A DNA stretch of 64,000 nt from Candidatus Bathyarchaeota archaeon (lineage in GTDB: Archaea; Thermoproteota; Bathyarchaeia; 40CM-2-53-6). The notes under the pieces are model-generated. The model had not been told where the DNA came from. It was given only the letters and a program-made list of their open reading frames with translations, and made no database searches. The stretch lies in the NCBI GenBank assembly GCA_005888735.1, contig VBBN01000035.1:11671-75670 (forward strand). Direction: 5' to 3'. Made by a program: the position numbers and the translations under genes. Positions 37,585-46,918 of the stretch are shown in pieces. Every line of letters begins with the position of its first letter. Within the stretch, counting starts at the first letter, position 1.

Positions 37585-38556
37585 CTAGTCGTCTCGCTTG
37601 TTTCTCGGGGTTGCATCTTCGACTCCTTTCTCTGTAATTTGGAAGTAGTTTTCCGACTCGGGGAGGTATGGTGAGTCGATTATTTTCGCGATGCGTATTC
37701 CGCCGGAGGCTTTCTTTAGCATGACTCTGTGCGTGGAAGCGTGGGCGAGAATGTTTCCTCCTGCAGGCCGCATAGGGTCTCCAAAGAATGCTTGAGGGTT
37801 GGCTTGTACTTGGTTGGTGATGACTACTGCGAGATTGAGTGCTTGGGCGATTCGGAGGAGTTTGTGGAGGTGGCTGTTGAGGCGTTGTTGTCGTTCGGCG
37901 AGGCTTTCTCGGCCGATGTATTCGCCTCTGAAGTGGCTTAGGATTGAGTCGACTACCATGAGTTTTACGTTCTCTTCTTTGCAGATTTTGAAGGAATGGT
38001 CTACTGTGAGAATTTGATGGTCGCTATTGTAGGCTCGACTGTATATTATTCCGTCGAGTACTTTCTCAGGGTCGAGTTGTAGGCTTTGCGCCATTTGATG
38101 GACTCTCTGGGCGCTGAAAGTTCCTTCAGTGTCAATAAAGAGGACTCGTCCTTCTAGTCCACCGTCTTTGTTTAGTTGTTGGGCGTTGACGCTGAGCCTC
38201 ATGCATATCTGTGACTTTCCTGCTCCAAACTCTCCAACGAATTCGGTGATCGCCTGTGTTTCAAGGCCCCCTCCTAGTAGCTTGTTGAGGTTGTTGCTGC
38301 CGAAGCTGAGACGCTGGAGGGTTTGACGTCTCTCCCAGAGCTGTTTGGCTGTCACGAAGTCTGTATGGATTGTTTGACGTGCAGCACGGCTGATTTTGAG
38401 AGCTGTGCTGTGTTCGAGGTTGGCCTTTTCGACCAGTTCCTTTATGGGTGCTATGGCGAGGCTTTCGACGCTGTCGAAGCCTGCTTCGTGGAGTTTGCCG
38501 GCGGTTACTGGTCCAACGCCATCAAGGTCTTGGATGTCAGCTATTTCTGTGGACAA
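37585..38556 (-). CDS. radA: DNA repair and recombination protein RadA
   Basis: N-terminal HhH (LDGVGPVTAGKL), Walker A GEFGAGKSQ, 323 aa. Typical archaeal RadA. Confidence 0.9.
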   Translation of the reverse strand: MSTEIADIQDLDGVGPVTAGKLHEAGFDSVESLAIAPIKELVEKANLEHSTALKISRAARQTIHTDFVTAKQLWERRQTLQRLSFGSNNLNKLLGGGLETQAITEFVGEFGAGKSQICMRLSVNAQQLNKDGGLEGRVLFIDTEGTFSAQRVHQMAQSLQLDPEKVLDGIIYSRAYNSDHQILTVDHSFKICKEENVKLMVVDSILSHFRGEYIGRESLAERQQRLNSHLHKLLRIAQALNLAVVITNQVQANPQAFFGDPMRPAGGNILAHASTHRVMLKKASGGIRIAKIIDSPYLPESENYFQITEKGVEDATPRNKRDD

Positions 38557-38740
38557 GTTTGAACCTGTACAGTGCCATGGTTGGGAGGCTAATCTCGGAG
38601 AGTGAGGGGCGAAAGTAATCCATCCTGTTCTAACGGGTTGAGCAGAGTGTCCACGTGAGGCTGGGCGGGAAGGTCGACTGTAAGAGTATCGGTTATATCG
38701 CTCGAAGAGGTTTGATGGGGTTATCCGGACTTTCCCATAG

Positions 38741-39358
38741 ATGGAAGACCGTTTCCGAAACCCCCTTGCTGATGTAGTTGCTGCACGTTATGCATCTCAC
38801 ACCTCGCTGTACAGGGCCGCACTGAAGGACACAAGGTTCTCCTCAGGCTTCGGAATGTATCCTGACACGTACAGGCCTAAGACAGGAGGTTCGCTGGCTT
38901 GGGTCCTGGTCAAGTTCGGCTTTGTCGGAGGACTGGGCATTTTTCTCAATACGTACATCCTCTACCTCCTCACAGGACTTTACACTGAAAGATTCCTGTT
39001 GCCAAACGCTGTAGTCAGCAGCGAGGCTGCGATTCTAGCTAACTTCTCCTTGAACGAGCTGTTGGTGTTCAGGGCTCGGAACGGGAGTAGCCTGGTCCAT
39101 CGGATTCTGCTCTTCAACTTGGTCTCGTCTGCGGACCTGGTGTTGAGGCTTCCCCTCTTGTGGGGTTTGACGACTTTTCTGAACGTTCAATATTTGAGGT
39201 CCAATCTTTATGCGATACTCTTGACTTTTGGGGCTCGGTTTGTTATTAGCGAGAAAAAGATATGGTCGAAAGCTGCTAGTAATGCCGAACGAAAGCTTCC
39301 ACAGAATGCACGAGGTCCAGCCATGGCTGAACCTGCAACTGATACAGCTCACCACTAG
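38741..39358 (+). CDS. GtrA-family membrane protein (putative)
   Basis: Four-TM profile with FVGGLGIFLNTYILYLL and ANFSLNELLVF, resembling the GtrA signature. Confidence 0.45.
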   Translation: MEDRFRNPLADVVAARYASHTSLYRAALKDTRFSSGFGMYPDTYRPKTGGSLAWVLVKFGFVGGLGIFLNTYILYLLTGLYTERFLLPNAVVSSEAAILANFSLNELLVFRARNGSSLVHRILLFNLVSSADLVLRLPLLWGLTTFLNVQYLRSNLYAILLTFGARFVISEKKIWSKAASNAERKLPQNARGPAMAEPATDTAHH

Positions 39359-40001
39359 GTGTCCGGGAGAATTCTGAAACGCTTTTCCTCACGAGGTCGT
39401 CGACTATCATTACTCGTTTCTTTACGTAGTCGCTCTTCTCAGCGACGGGCAATTGCCCGAAAACCTGTGGGGCAGCGAGTCGGACGGAAGCGTACATGGC
39501 CCATGCTAGGTCACGGATTTCCCACTGGGCGTCGGCGGCACAACGCAGGTTGAAGAAGTGCAACAGTTGGCGGGGGCTCATGCTCATGACAATGTTGGTC
39601 GTAGCGGCGTTTGGCCGGAGGTAGCGGCTGTCTTCCGCTTTGACACCTCTCTGGACGAGTTCTTCTTCAGCTTGACGGGTCAAGTCCATCACGTCGGCGA
39701 AGCTCAGCTCTAGTTTTTGCTTGTTAATTTCGACCGGGACCCGGAGATTGTCTGGTATGCTGGGAGGTTTGAGGTAGCCATAGCTACGGGTGATTTTCAC
39801 GTAGCGCTGGCTTTGCTGGCTAAAGCTGGCGACTCTGTGTCGGACGATTTGATGGCTTGCGGCTCGGCTAACACCTTGGAGGTCGAAGGTGAAGCTGCCG
39901 TGCCGGTGAAGGTCTTCGTTTGCGAACTTTACGCCTCGGACTTGGAGTGCGCGTATGAGATGCGGATAGTCAGTGTAGCTGAAAAGTATCGACTTTGTCA
40001 T
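39276..40001 (-). CDS. thyX: flavin-dependent thymidylate synthase ThyX
   Basis: ThyX motif SHQIVRHRVASFSQQSQRY (RHRxxSxxxxSxRY) and FNLRCAADAQWEIRDLAWAMY. 241 aa. Confidence 0.8.
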   Translation of the reverse strand: MTKSILFSYTDYPHLIRALQVRGVKFANEDLHRHGSFTFDLQGVSRAASHQIVRHRVASFSQQSQRYVKITRSYGYLKPPSIPDNLRVPVEINKQKLELSFADVMDLTRQAEEELVQRGVKAEDSRYLRPNAATTNIVMSMSPRQLLHFFNLRCAADAQWEIRDLAWAMYASVRLAAPQVFGQLPVAEKSDYVKKRVMIVDDLVRKSVSEFSRTPSGELYQLQVQPWLDLVHSVEAFVRHY

Positions 40002-40477
40002 CGCGAGCCTAGCTCTTTTGCTTCAGCTGAGAGAACGGATGAGACATTTGGCGCTGCGATAGTCAGGGATGAGACGAGTTCCTTGGTTAGGGAGGATTGT
40101 GTGTTGTTCCGAGCGAGTTCAACTAGGACGCGGAGGTTGGTGGTGATCAGCCAACTGCCCTCATCGAGCCGGCTGGTTTCGAAGAACTTTGATGAGTTCA
40201 GGAGAGAGAGAATTTCCTCTTCTTTTGCCTCAGCGAGCCAGGTGATACTGTTGTGTTCTAGGATGTCATAGTGACCGAGTTCGAGGGCGCGTCTTAGGAG
40301 ACCGCTGATTCTTTCAGAGTCGAACACCTTCTCGCCCTCGAGGGTCCTGTCCGGGTTTGTATGAGTGAACAGTTCGTAGCCGGGGTGCGGTGAATAGCAG
40401 CTGCGCATGGCAGCTGCGCACACACGTTCCAGGTCAGGCTCATAGGCTACGAGGTGGGCACGCAAAGTGAAACTCAT
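39998..40477 (-). CDS. truncated ThyX-like domain protein lacking the RHR/SxRY catalytic motif
   Basis: N-terminal ThyX-like blocks (ERVCAAAMRSCYS, GHYDILEHNSITW) and C-terminal TNLRVLVELARN, but no RHR motif. 4-nt ATGA overlap with thyX. Confidence 0.45.
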   Translation of the reverse strand: MSFTLRAHLVAYEPDLERVCAAAMRSCYSPHPGYELFTHTNPDRTLEGEKVFDSERISGLLRRALELGHYDILEHNSITWLAEAKEEEILSLLNSSKFFETSRLDEGSWLITTNLRVLVELARNNTQSSLTKELVSSLTIAAPNVSSVLSAEAKELGSR

Positions 40478-40883
40478 CGTGAAATATGGTAGTGGTTAGG
40501 CTGGGCTTGGTAAAAGAACTATCTGCGAAGAGGGACATTTCACAGGACAAGCATTCATTTGGGCAAACGCGAGTTTCAAGTTGAATCTGCCAATCACTCG
40601 CGAGCAGGCGATCGAGGTGTTCAGATGGGTGAGTTACTCAGGCGAGTAACTAGGTGAGTCTAAGTAAATGCTAATGACGTGAGGAATAGATAAGCCGTTC
40701 TTGAAGAGCGCCGGTAAGCGCAAGCTTGTCGTATGAGATCGCTCCCGGTCCACGTCACGATATCGTGGCGTGTGTAGAGTGCGGAAGAGGTATGTGCCGG
40801 ACGTGCCCTGACAACTATCACCTGTGTGGAAGGTGTAGGGTCGAGCTGTGCGATTTGTGTGTGACTGAGCACGTTTGCAGATG

Positions 40884-42200
40884 CTAAACAGGCTTGCCTT
40901 TCTGCTTCGAGAGTGTCCTCGAGGCCGGTCTGATGCTAGATGATCGCGAAGGCCGCGACAGGAGTCTCCTGTATACCAGGCCGATTGGAACGACCGCCAG
41001 ACTGATAAGAAGCAATCCTCCGACAAACGGTAGCATCGCAAGCGAAACGATGAGAGAGACCCAGGGGAACAGTCTCTTTCGGCCTTCACCAAGAAGCCTT
41101 ATGCCGCAAGCAGAACCGACAACGTATACGATAATGGCGGCTCCACTTGGGATTAGCAAGGCTGTCTCCAGGTCAATGTTCAGAAAGAAAGATACAGCCA
41201 ATGCGACGACCGACAATCCAGACAAAAGCGCTAGGGCGTTGGCAGGCGCGCCAGTGTTGCTTTGTATTCGGCCGAGCCTCCTAGGCAAACCTCCGCCTTC
41301 AGCTACTGCTGAAACAACTCGTGACATTCCAGTTGTGTAAGCATTGACTGTTCCGAAGATTATGAAAACTGCCAAGATGCCCGTACCAATCGCTCCGTAG
41401 ATCCCTAGAGCATTGGACAGGATGGAGGCAAACGGGGCGACGCTACCTCCTGCGCTATACGACTTGGTTCCAACGGTCGCCACGGCAACGGCCAGGTAGA
41501 GGGTGCTGATCAGGACGACACTGAGAATGATACTTCGGTGAAAGTCTCGCTTCGGGTTCTTGAACTCCCCTCCCACGTTGGACACGTTCTCATAGCCCAG
41601 ATACGACCAGAAGATCAAGGCCGCAACAGTGCCAATGGGGGGGAACCCGTTTGGAAAGAAAGGAGTGAAGTTTTCAAGTCGCACAATAGAAGCGGAGGCG
41701 ATGACCGCAGAAAGCAGGAGAGCGATTATTGAGACGTTGAGTGCAAGTTGGACTTTGCCGCTGATGGTTATGCCTCTATTGTTGACGAGGAAGGTTCCAA
41801 GAATGATCAGCCCGGCGACTAAGTAGATAATGGTTCTGTTCAGCGGTAAGGCGAAGGCAAGGTACGACGCTGCAATTACCGTTACGACTGGTGCACCTGT
41901 GACGTACCAGAGAATGAACAGCCAGCCCACCCCGTCAGCCAGGCTCGGTCCGAAGCTCTCACGGGCAAAAGAGTAGACCCCCCCGGATTCAGGCCTCCGT
42001 GCTGAGAGACTAGCGAACGTGTAGGCTAACGGGTAACTGGCGACTGACAAACCAATCCATGCAAGCAGGGAAGCGGGACCTGCAATCTTTGCAGCTAGCC
42101 CCGGTAGCACCAACACTCCGGAGCCGAGAACTGAACTCATGTAGAGTGCGACGGCGTATCGCAGTGTGACTGTCTTATGTAGTCCTGAGTCGTGGGACAT
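40884..42200 (-). CDS. APC-superfamily amino acid permease
   Basis: 12-TM profile with N-terminal LRYAVALYMSSVLGSGVLVLPG, typical of APC transporters. 438 aa. Confidence 0.8.
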   Translation of the reverse strand: MSHDSGLHKTVTLRYAVALYMSSVLGSGVLVLPGLAAKIAGPASLLAWIGLSVASYPLAYTFASLSARRPESGGVYSFARESFGPSLADGVGWLFILWYVTGAPVVTVIAASYLAFALPLNRTIIYLVAGLIILGTFLVNNRGITISGKVQLALNVSIIALLLSAVIASASIVRLENFTPFFPNGFPPIGTVAALIFWSYLGYENVSNVGGEFKNPKRDFHRSIILSVVLISTLYLAVAVATVGTKSYSAGGSVAPFASILSNALGIYGAIGTGILAVFIIFGTVNAYTTGMSRVVSAVAEGGGLPRRLGRIQSNTGAPANALALLSGLSVVALAVSFFLNIDLETALLIPSGAAIIVYVVGSACGIRLLGEGRKRLFPWVSLIVSLAMLPFVGGLLLISLAVVPIGLVYRRLLSRPSRSSSIRPASRTLSKQKGKPV

Positions 42201-42377
42201 CTGCCCGGCCTAAAGGTCTCGAACCACGGACGACGGGATAAAGTCTGGGCCGTCCTACGACGGTTGCCTCCGCCAGGCGAGTATTTGCAGAATTCCCACC
42301 GGACTCTTTGCCCCTAATGCAGTTGTCGTAACAAGACCTAAATCCGCTTGCCACGAAGGCTGCGCCTCTAGCAGAAA

Positions 42378-42914
42378 ATGTCCGCACCAACAACTTCCCC
42401 TTCAAAACCGAGGACCAGGCGAAGGCGCGTTTTAGCCGGGACTATTGCGATCATTGTTCTCATCGTGGTCCTCGTTCCACCACTTCTCGCGAGCGGCTTC
42501 ACAATACCCGTTTCCAAGGTAACCTTCAACGAGACCACCGGCTCCCTCGCATTCGCAAGCGCCAACGCCACGGTCCAAGTCATGACAGCTTACCAGTGGC
42601 TCTTCACCGTCCGCACCGGAGGTCTGATTCAGACTTCTAATACAGACGTCTCAAGCTCGCGAGGAACCGTCAACATCACAGTAAGGCTAGAACTAACAAA
42701 CCCGTCGAATCAGGTGGTAGATTTGGGAAATACCACGATCAACGGCGCAATCGGAACAAGAAGTCACATTCTCTACCTCTCAGTCGACCAGGGAGTCCGC
42801 GTTGCAGGCACCTACAAGCTTGACATAATAGTCAAGGCCGATGTCAATCCTGTCGGAGGACCGATACAGCTCGCCCTTACAAAAACCGTTACAGTGATCT
42901 TCACGATATCCTGA
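42378..42914 (+). CDS. exported/membrane-anchored hypothetical protein
   Basis: N-terminus KPRTRRRRVLAGTIAIIVLIVVLV then a beta-rich, sequon-containing domain. Confidence 0.4.
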   Translation: MSAPTTSPSKPRTRRRRVLAGTIAIIVLIVVLVPPLLASGFTIPVSKVTFNETTGSLAFASANATVQVMTAYQWLFTVRTGGLIQTSNTDVSSSRGTVNITVRLELTNPSNQVVDLGNTTINGAIGTRSHILYLSVDQGVRVAGTYKLDIIVKADVNPVGGPIQLALTKTVTVIFTIS

Positions 42915-43043
42915 CCGTGATCATAAAAGCATTCTAAGTCTGGCTGAAGTAGACAACGGGTATACCCTGTCGAACGAGGGTTGCCTTGGGTGGAGGAGGG
43001 TTTCCACGGCATCGGCAAGTCTTAAATCAATTTTCCCTCGCCA

Positions 43044-43961
43044 GTGAATAATCGATTCTTGAACACAAAGACGCCATCGTCCGTGTTAATTCTAGCACTC
43101 ACTCTGATTATGATCATGCCAGAAACTCCTCCGATTCTAGCACTCGCACAAACGACCGCGATGGTGTCTATCAATCCCTGTTTCTCAGTGGGAGATCCCG
43201 GGTCTATCTTCCAGGTTGAAGTTGACATATCTGGCGTCCCCAGCTTGGTGGCGTACGATCTTTCATTTGAATTCAACCCCGTTTCGCTAAATGCTACTGC
43301 GGTGGACTTTGACGCCTCGACTGTCGTCGCCGGAACAAGTCACTTCAATGTGGCAACGATCGTCGACAACAGCATTGGGCAAGTACGGTATGCGGTTACG
43401 CTCTTGGGGGGAAACGTGGTAGACGCTTCGGGAACGGTGACCGCACTGAAGCTCACTTTACAGGTTGTCGGTACCCAAGACTCACCCATTAGTATCGCAG
43501 CACAGATTGTTCAACTTGTAAATGGCGTGCCTACAACGGTTTCCAACGTCATCGTGAGTAGCTGCAGATTCGTAGTCCCTCCCACTATTCTCATCGTCCC
43601 ACCCAATTCCGATGTCAGGCCCGGTCAGAGGCTGCGGCGGATCAGCAAAGCTCAGGACCATGTTGACCTATTAGGCTACATACAACTTGCACCCAACTCA
43701 ACTCGGCCAGGCTTCGGGGGTGTGGTCTTCGACATAGTCGGCCCCAATGGTGAAGTTCAAGTCTTCTCCAGCATCGCCTTCATGTTCCCAGGTAACTCCA
43801 CAACGGTGACAGCGTCGTTCTCTTATCCGCTGGACAGCTCCTCCATCGGCACGTACAACTACAGCGTTTTGGCGGTCCGATGTGTGACGACGACGGCTTG
43901 CATACAAGGGACCAAAGCATACATGAGCCTAGATGGGCCATTCTTCAAGGTCAAGGCATAG
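43044..43961 (+). CDS. secreted cohesin-domain-like protein
   Basis: Signal peptide. VSINPCFSVGDPGSIFQVEVDISGVPSLVAYDLSFEFNPVSLNA resembles the cohesin N-terminal strand pattern. Confidence 0.4.
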   Translation: MNNRFLNTKTPSSVLILALTLIMIMPETPPILALAQTTAMVSINPCFSVGDPGSIFQVEVDISGVPSLVAYDLSFEFNPVSLNATAVDFDASTVVAGTSHFNVATIVDNSIGQVRYAVTLLGGNVVDASGTVTALKLTLQVVGTQDSPISIAAQIVQLVNGVPTTVSNVIVSSCRFVVPPTILIVPPNSDVRPGQRLRRISKAQDHVDLLGYIQLAPNSTRPGFGGVVFDIVGPNGEVQVFSSIAFMFPGNSTTVTASFSYPLDSSSIGTYNYSVLAVRCVTTTACIQGTKAYMSLDGPFFKVKA

Positions 43962-44124
43962 ACACCCTCACACGAACGAAGATAATCCCCTGGATGGTGA
44001 GACAGTATTGGACGGGTCCCTTGAGCATTGTGTTTCCACGAACTGATTCTTCCGGGTTGTCCATGTTCATCTAACAATTCCCCTAAGGCGTCCCTTATAG
44101 TATCAGTTGTCGACAAACACGCTC

Positions 44125-44724
44125 ATGGGAGCCGCGGAAATTGTGGTCCGTCGACTCAAACCTGAGCTATTGGATGACTATCTTCGGTTTTTCGACAAGG
44201 ACGCTTTCACGGATTTTCCCTACTGGTCGGGCTGTTACTGCGGCTTCTACGAGACCAGTGGAGAAGAGTGGGACGCAACCGCTAAGGCGGGGCCGGCCCA
44301 TCGAGCAGCAAAGGCAGAACGTATTAGCTCCGGCAAAGCCTTAGGGCTGCTGGCCTATGTGGACGATAAAGTCGTAGGCTGGTGCAACGCGCAACTTCGC
44401 TCCAACTTCGTCAACATGCGTCGTTATTCCGTCGCAATCAATAATCCAGACGAACGCGTCGGCTCGATAATGTGCTTCCTCGTAGCTCCAAACTACAGGA
44501 GAATCGGAGTCTGTACTGCACTCGTGAACGCTGCCTGCGAAATGTTCCGATCCCTTAGCCTCGAAGCGGCCGAGGGCTATCCCACAACCAGTCCCGCGAA
44601 GTCGAGCTGGGAGGTCCCGTGGGCCGAAGAAAACTACAAGGGCCCTTTGAGCATCTTCTTGAATAATGGTTTCAAGATTCACCGCCAGCTAGAACGATTC
44701 GCAATAGTGAGGAAACAGCTCTAA
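44125..44724 (+). CDS. GNAT family N-acetyltransferase
   Basis: RRIGVCTALVNAA acetyl-CoA motif. ATG at 44125 preferred over the listed TTG at 44107. Confidence 0.7.
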   Translation: MGAAEIVVRRLKPELLDDYLRFFDKDAFTDFPYWSGCYCGFYETSGEEWDATAKAGPAHRAAKAERISSGKALGLLAYVDDKVVGWCNAQLRSNFVNMRRYSVAINNPDERVGSIMCFLVAPNYRRIGVCTALVNAACEMFRSLSLEAAEGYPTTSPAKSSWEVPWAEENYKGPLSIFLNNGFKIHRQLERFAIVRKQL

Positions 44725-44923
44725 CGCCTGTCTCGGGCGCTGTCATTGGCATGAATTCGGAGACCTCAACCTCATCACCTGAACAAATCCCTGATGGGCG
44801 GTGCCCCATGGGCGCTCAGCTTCCTAAGACAGACTAGAAGTAAAAAGTGAGCTGTAGGGGCGGTAGCAGATTACCTACAGGCATTTTTTAGCAGATTAGG
44901 CAAGGCTTGGGGATTGACGAGCT

Positions 44924-46177
44924 GTGAGCCCAATGCACCGCAATGGACTAGTAGCTTTGGCGGTCATCACAATTCTAGTGTTCGAATCGATGGTCCCAAG
45001 TATGGTGGCAGCAAGCAATCCCGTCTTGGTTTACTCGGGACTCAATTTTCCAGTTTCCTTCCGGTTCACACCTGATGGGCGAATACTCTTCAACGAGAGA
45101 ACGACAGGCAATATTCGGGTAATCCAGAGCGGGATAATCCTCCCAACACCGTTTGCAACACTGGCAGTGGCAACAGATGGACCCGAGCAGGGTCTTCTCG
45201 GCATGGCTCTAGACCCTGACTTTGCGACAAACGGGTTCGTCTATGTCTACCGGACAGTCTACAATGGGTCTTACTACCATGGACTGGTCACACGCCTCAA
45301 CGCAACAGGAAATACGGGAGTAAACCCCGTAACCATCTTCGACGTTACCAATCCATCTCCAGGCAACCTGTACCACAACGGGGGCTACCTCAAGTTCGGA
45401 CCTGACAGAAGGCTTTACGCGCAAGTCGGCGAATTTCAAAACCAACAGCTCGCTCAAAATCTCTCATCCAATGCTGGCAAGATTCTCAGAATGAACGCCG
45501 ATGGAACAGTACCTATCGACAACCCATACCGAGGAAGCCTTGTGTATGCCTACGGTATCAGAAACGGCTTCGGAATGGACTTCGACCCTACAAATGGCAA
45601 TCTCATTGAAACCGAAGCAGGCCCGGCCAGCAATGACGAGATCAATGTCATCGTCCCCAAGGGCAATTACGGCTGGCCCAATTGTTCAGGAAGGTGCACC
45701 AATACAGCCTACGTAGACCCCATCGCCACGTTCACTCCGGTAGTGACTCCCACGGGAATCGCTTACTCTTCAGGTGGCGAGTACTTTTTCGGCGAATGGA
45801 CTGGAGCCAGCCTCAACAGGTTGAAATTGAATTCGTCGGGTACTGTTCAATCCATTGAGCAAATCTCCCCCATTGGAGCCACCAACGATGGTGTCCTTGA
45901 CGTAGTTCTCGGCCCTGACCAGAAAATCTACTTCTCTACTAGGTCGGGAATCTACTCGTATGATACATCCTTTCCAGGCGGAACGGGACCGCCTTTCGCG
46001 CCTAACATTTCCTCAAGTCTGATTAGCTTCGGTCTCATCGCAATCGGAATCAGCGCAACAATAATTTTCGTACTGTTCTTCCAAAGGAGGCGCAAGCGGT
46101 CCGAGAGCCGACAGCCCGTGTGTCCAACGAAGTCGAAAGCCCTCCTTACCCTCCGTCGCCTAGAATCACAACTCTAG
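44924..46177 (+). CDS. PQQ-dependent sugar dehydrogenase (glucose/sorbosone dehydrogenase, SGDH family) with a C-terminal TM anchor
   Basis: Signal peptide, GLNFPVSFRFTPDGRILFNERTTGNIRVI, GLLGMALDPDF beta-propeller blocks, C-terminal TM plus RRRKR. Confidence 0.7.
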   Translation: MSPMHRNGLVALAVITILVFESMVPSMVAASNPVLVYSGLNFPVSFRFTPDGRILFNERTTGNIRVIQSGIILPTPFATLAVATDGPEQGLLGMALDPDFATNGFVYVYRTVYNGSYYHGLVTRLNATGNTGVNPVTIFDVTNPSPGNLYHNGGYLKFGPDRRLYAQVGEFQNQQLAQNLSSNAGKILRMNADGTVPIDNPYRGSLVYAYGIRNGFGMDFDPTNGNLIETEAGPASNDEINVIVPKGNYGWPNCSGRCTNTAYVDPIATFTPVVTPTGIAYSSGGEYFFGEWTGASLNRLKLNSSGTVQSIEQISPIGATNDGVLDVVLGPDQKIYFSTRSGIYSYDTSFPGGTGPPFAPNISSSLISFGLIAIGISATIIFVLFFQRRRKRSESRQPVCPTKSKALLTLRRLESQL

Positions 46178-46498
46178 ATTAAGTACCGCACAGAATTAGC
46201 CCTTCTGCCCTTAGAGGCAGGAGGGGCAGACACAGTATGAGGCTAATCCGTGGATTTCTTGCATTCGATTCGTGGAGAATTTCGTCTTGGAAGATCAGCA
46301 TGCGCTAAGGCCTCCGCAGTTGAACTCAGCACCGCATATTTCACAATGGAGTATTCTCTCAGTCCCCATTGCTAGAAGAGCGAAGAGCTGAGCGAGCTCT
46401 CCTAGATGGACTATCTGGGATGGCCACCTCTCATGGAGAGTTCACCTTACCTAGGAAAGCATTTCTTTTAGTAAGTATGACGCGCGAGGAATTCGACC

Positions 46499-46864
46499 TT
46501 GAGCGTCTCGAGCCGGCTAGCCGATGACCTCTTCGCTCTCGATGATAGAGTGCGTTACGTTGCAGTCTTGGATAGGAACCACAAGCTTGTCGAGTCGAGA
46601 ATGCGGTCCAGCGTTATGAGCTTGACTCCTGGGGAATATGATCGGAAGTTCATGGGAAGCGTTCCACCCCTCGTTCTAGATACCGTGTCCCAGCTCGAAG
46701 CCCAGTGTGGACCTGTGAGCCACATTTCAATACAGTACCAGAGAGTAGACTTGGTTTTCTTCCCCTACAATAACCAGATTCTCGCGCTGAGCCTTGAGCC
46801 AGGTCCGTTGGAGCCAATTCTTCGCAAGCTGAAGGAAAAGTTCGGTTTGAAGATCCATCTCTGA
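46499..46864 (+). CDS. Roadblock/LC7 (MglB-like) domain protein (putative)
   Basis: 121 aa with an alpha-beta-beta-alpha-beta pattern (...YVAVLDRNHKLVESR...QRVDLVFFPYNNQILALSLEPG...). TTG start, uncertain. Confidence 0.4.
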   Translation: MSVSSRLADDLFALDDRVRYVAVLDRNHKLVESRMRSSVMSLTPGEYDRKFMGSVPPLVLDTVSQLEAQCGPVSHISIQYQRVDLVFFPYNNQILALSLEPGPLEPILRKLKEKFGLKIHL

Positions 46865-46918
46865 GAATTCCTTAATACTGCTGGCCACCGTTCCGCCAGG
46901 CGCGCAGCGTCATCAGGG

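Noticed and set aside
39998-40477. Treating the two ThyX ORFs as one gene split by a frameshift
   Set aside because: Both ORFs independently contain segments homologous to the same ThyX N-terminal blocks (…ILEHNSITW… and …HRHGSFTFDL…). They are therefore tandem copies joined by an ATGA coupling overlap, not halves of one gene.
40634-41092. 152-aa minus-strand ORF
   Set aside because: It overlaps the 3' end of the APC permease in another frame. Its Cys/Arg/Ser-rich composition has no motif. It is treated as non-coding; see the palindrome finding.
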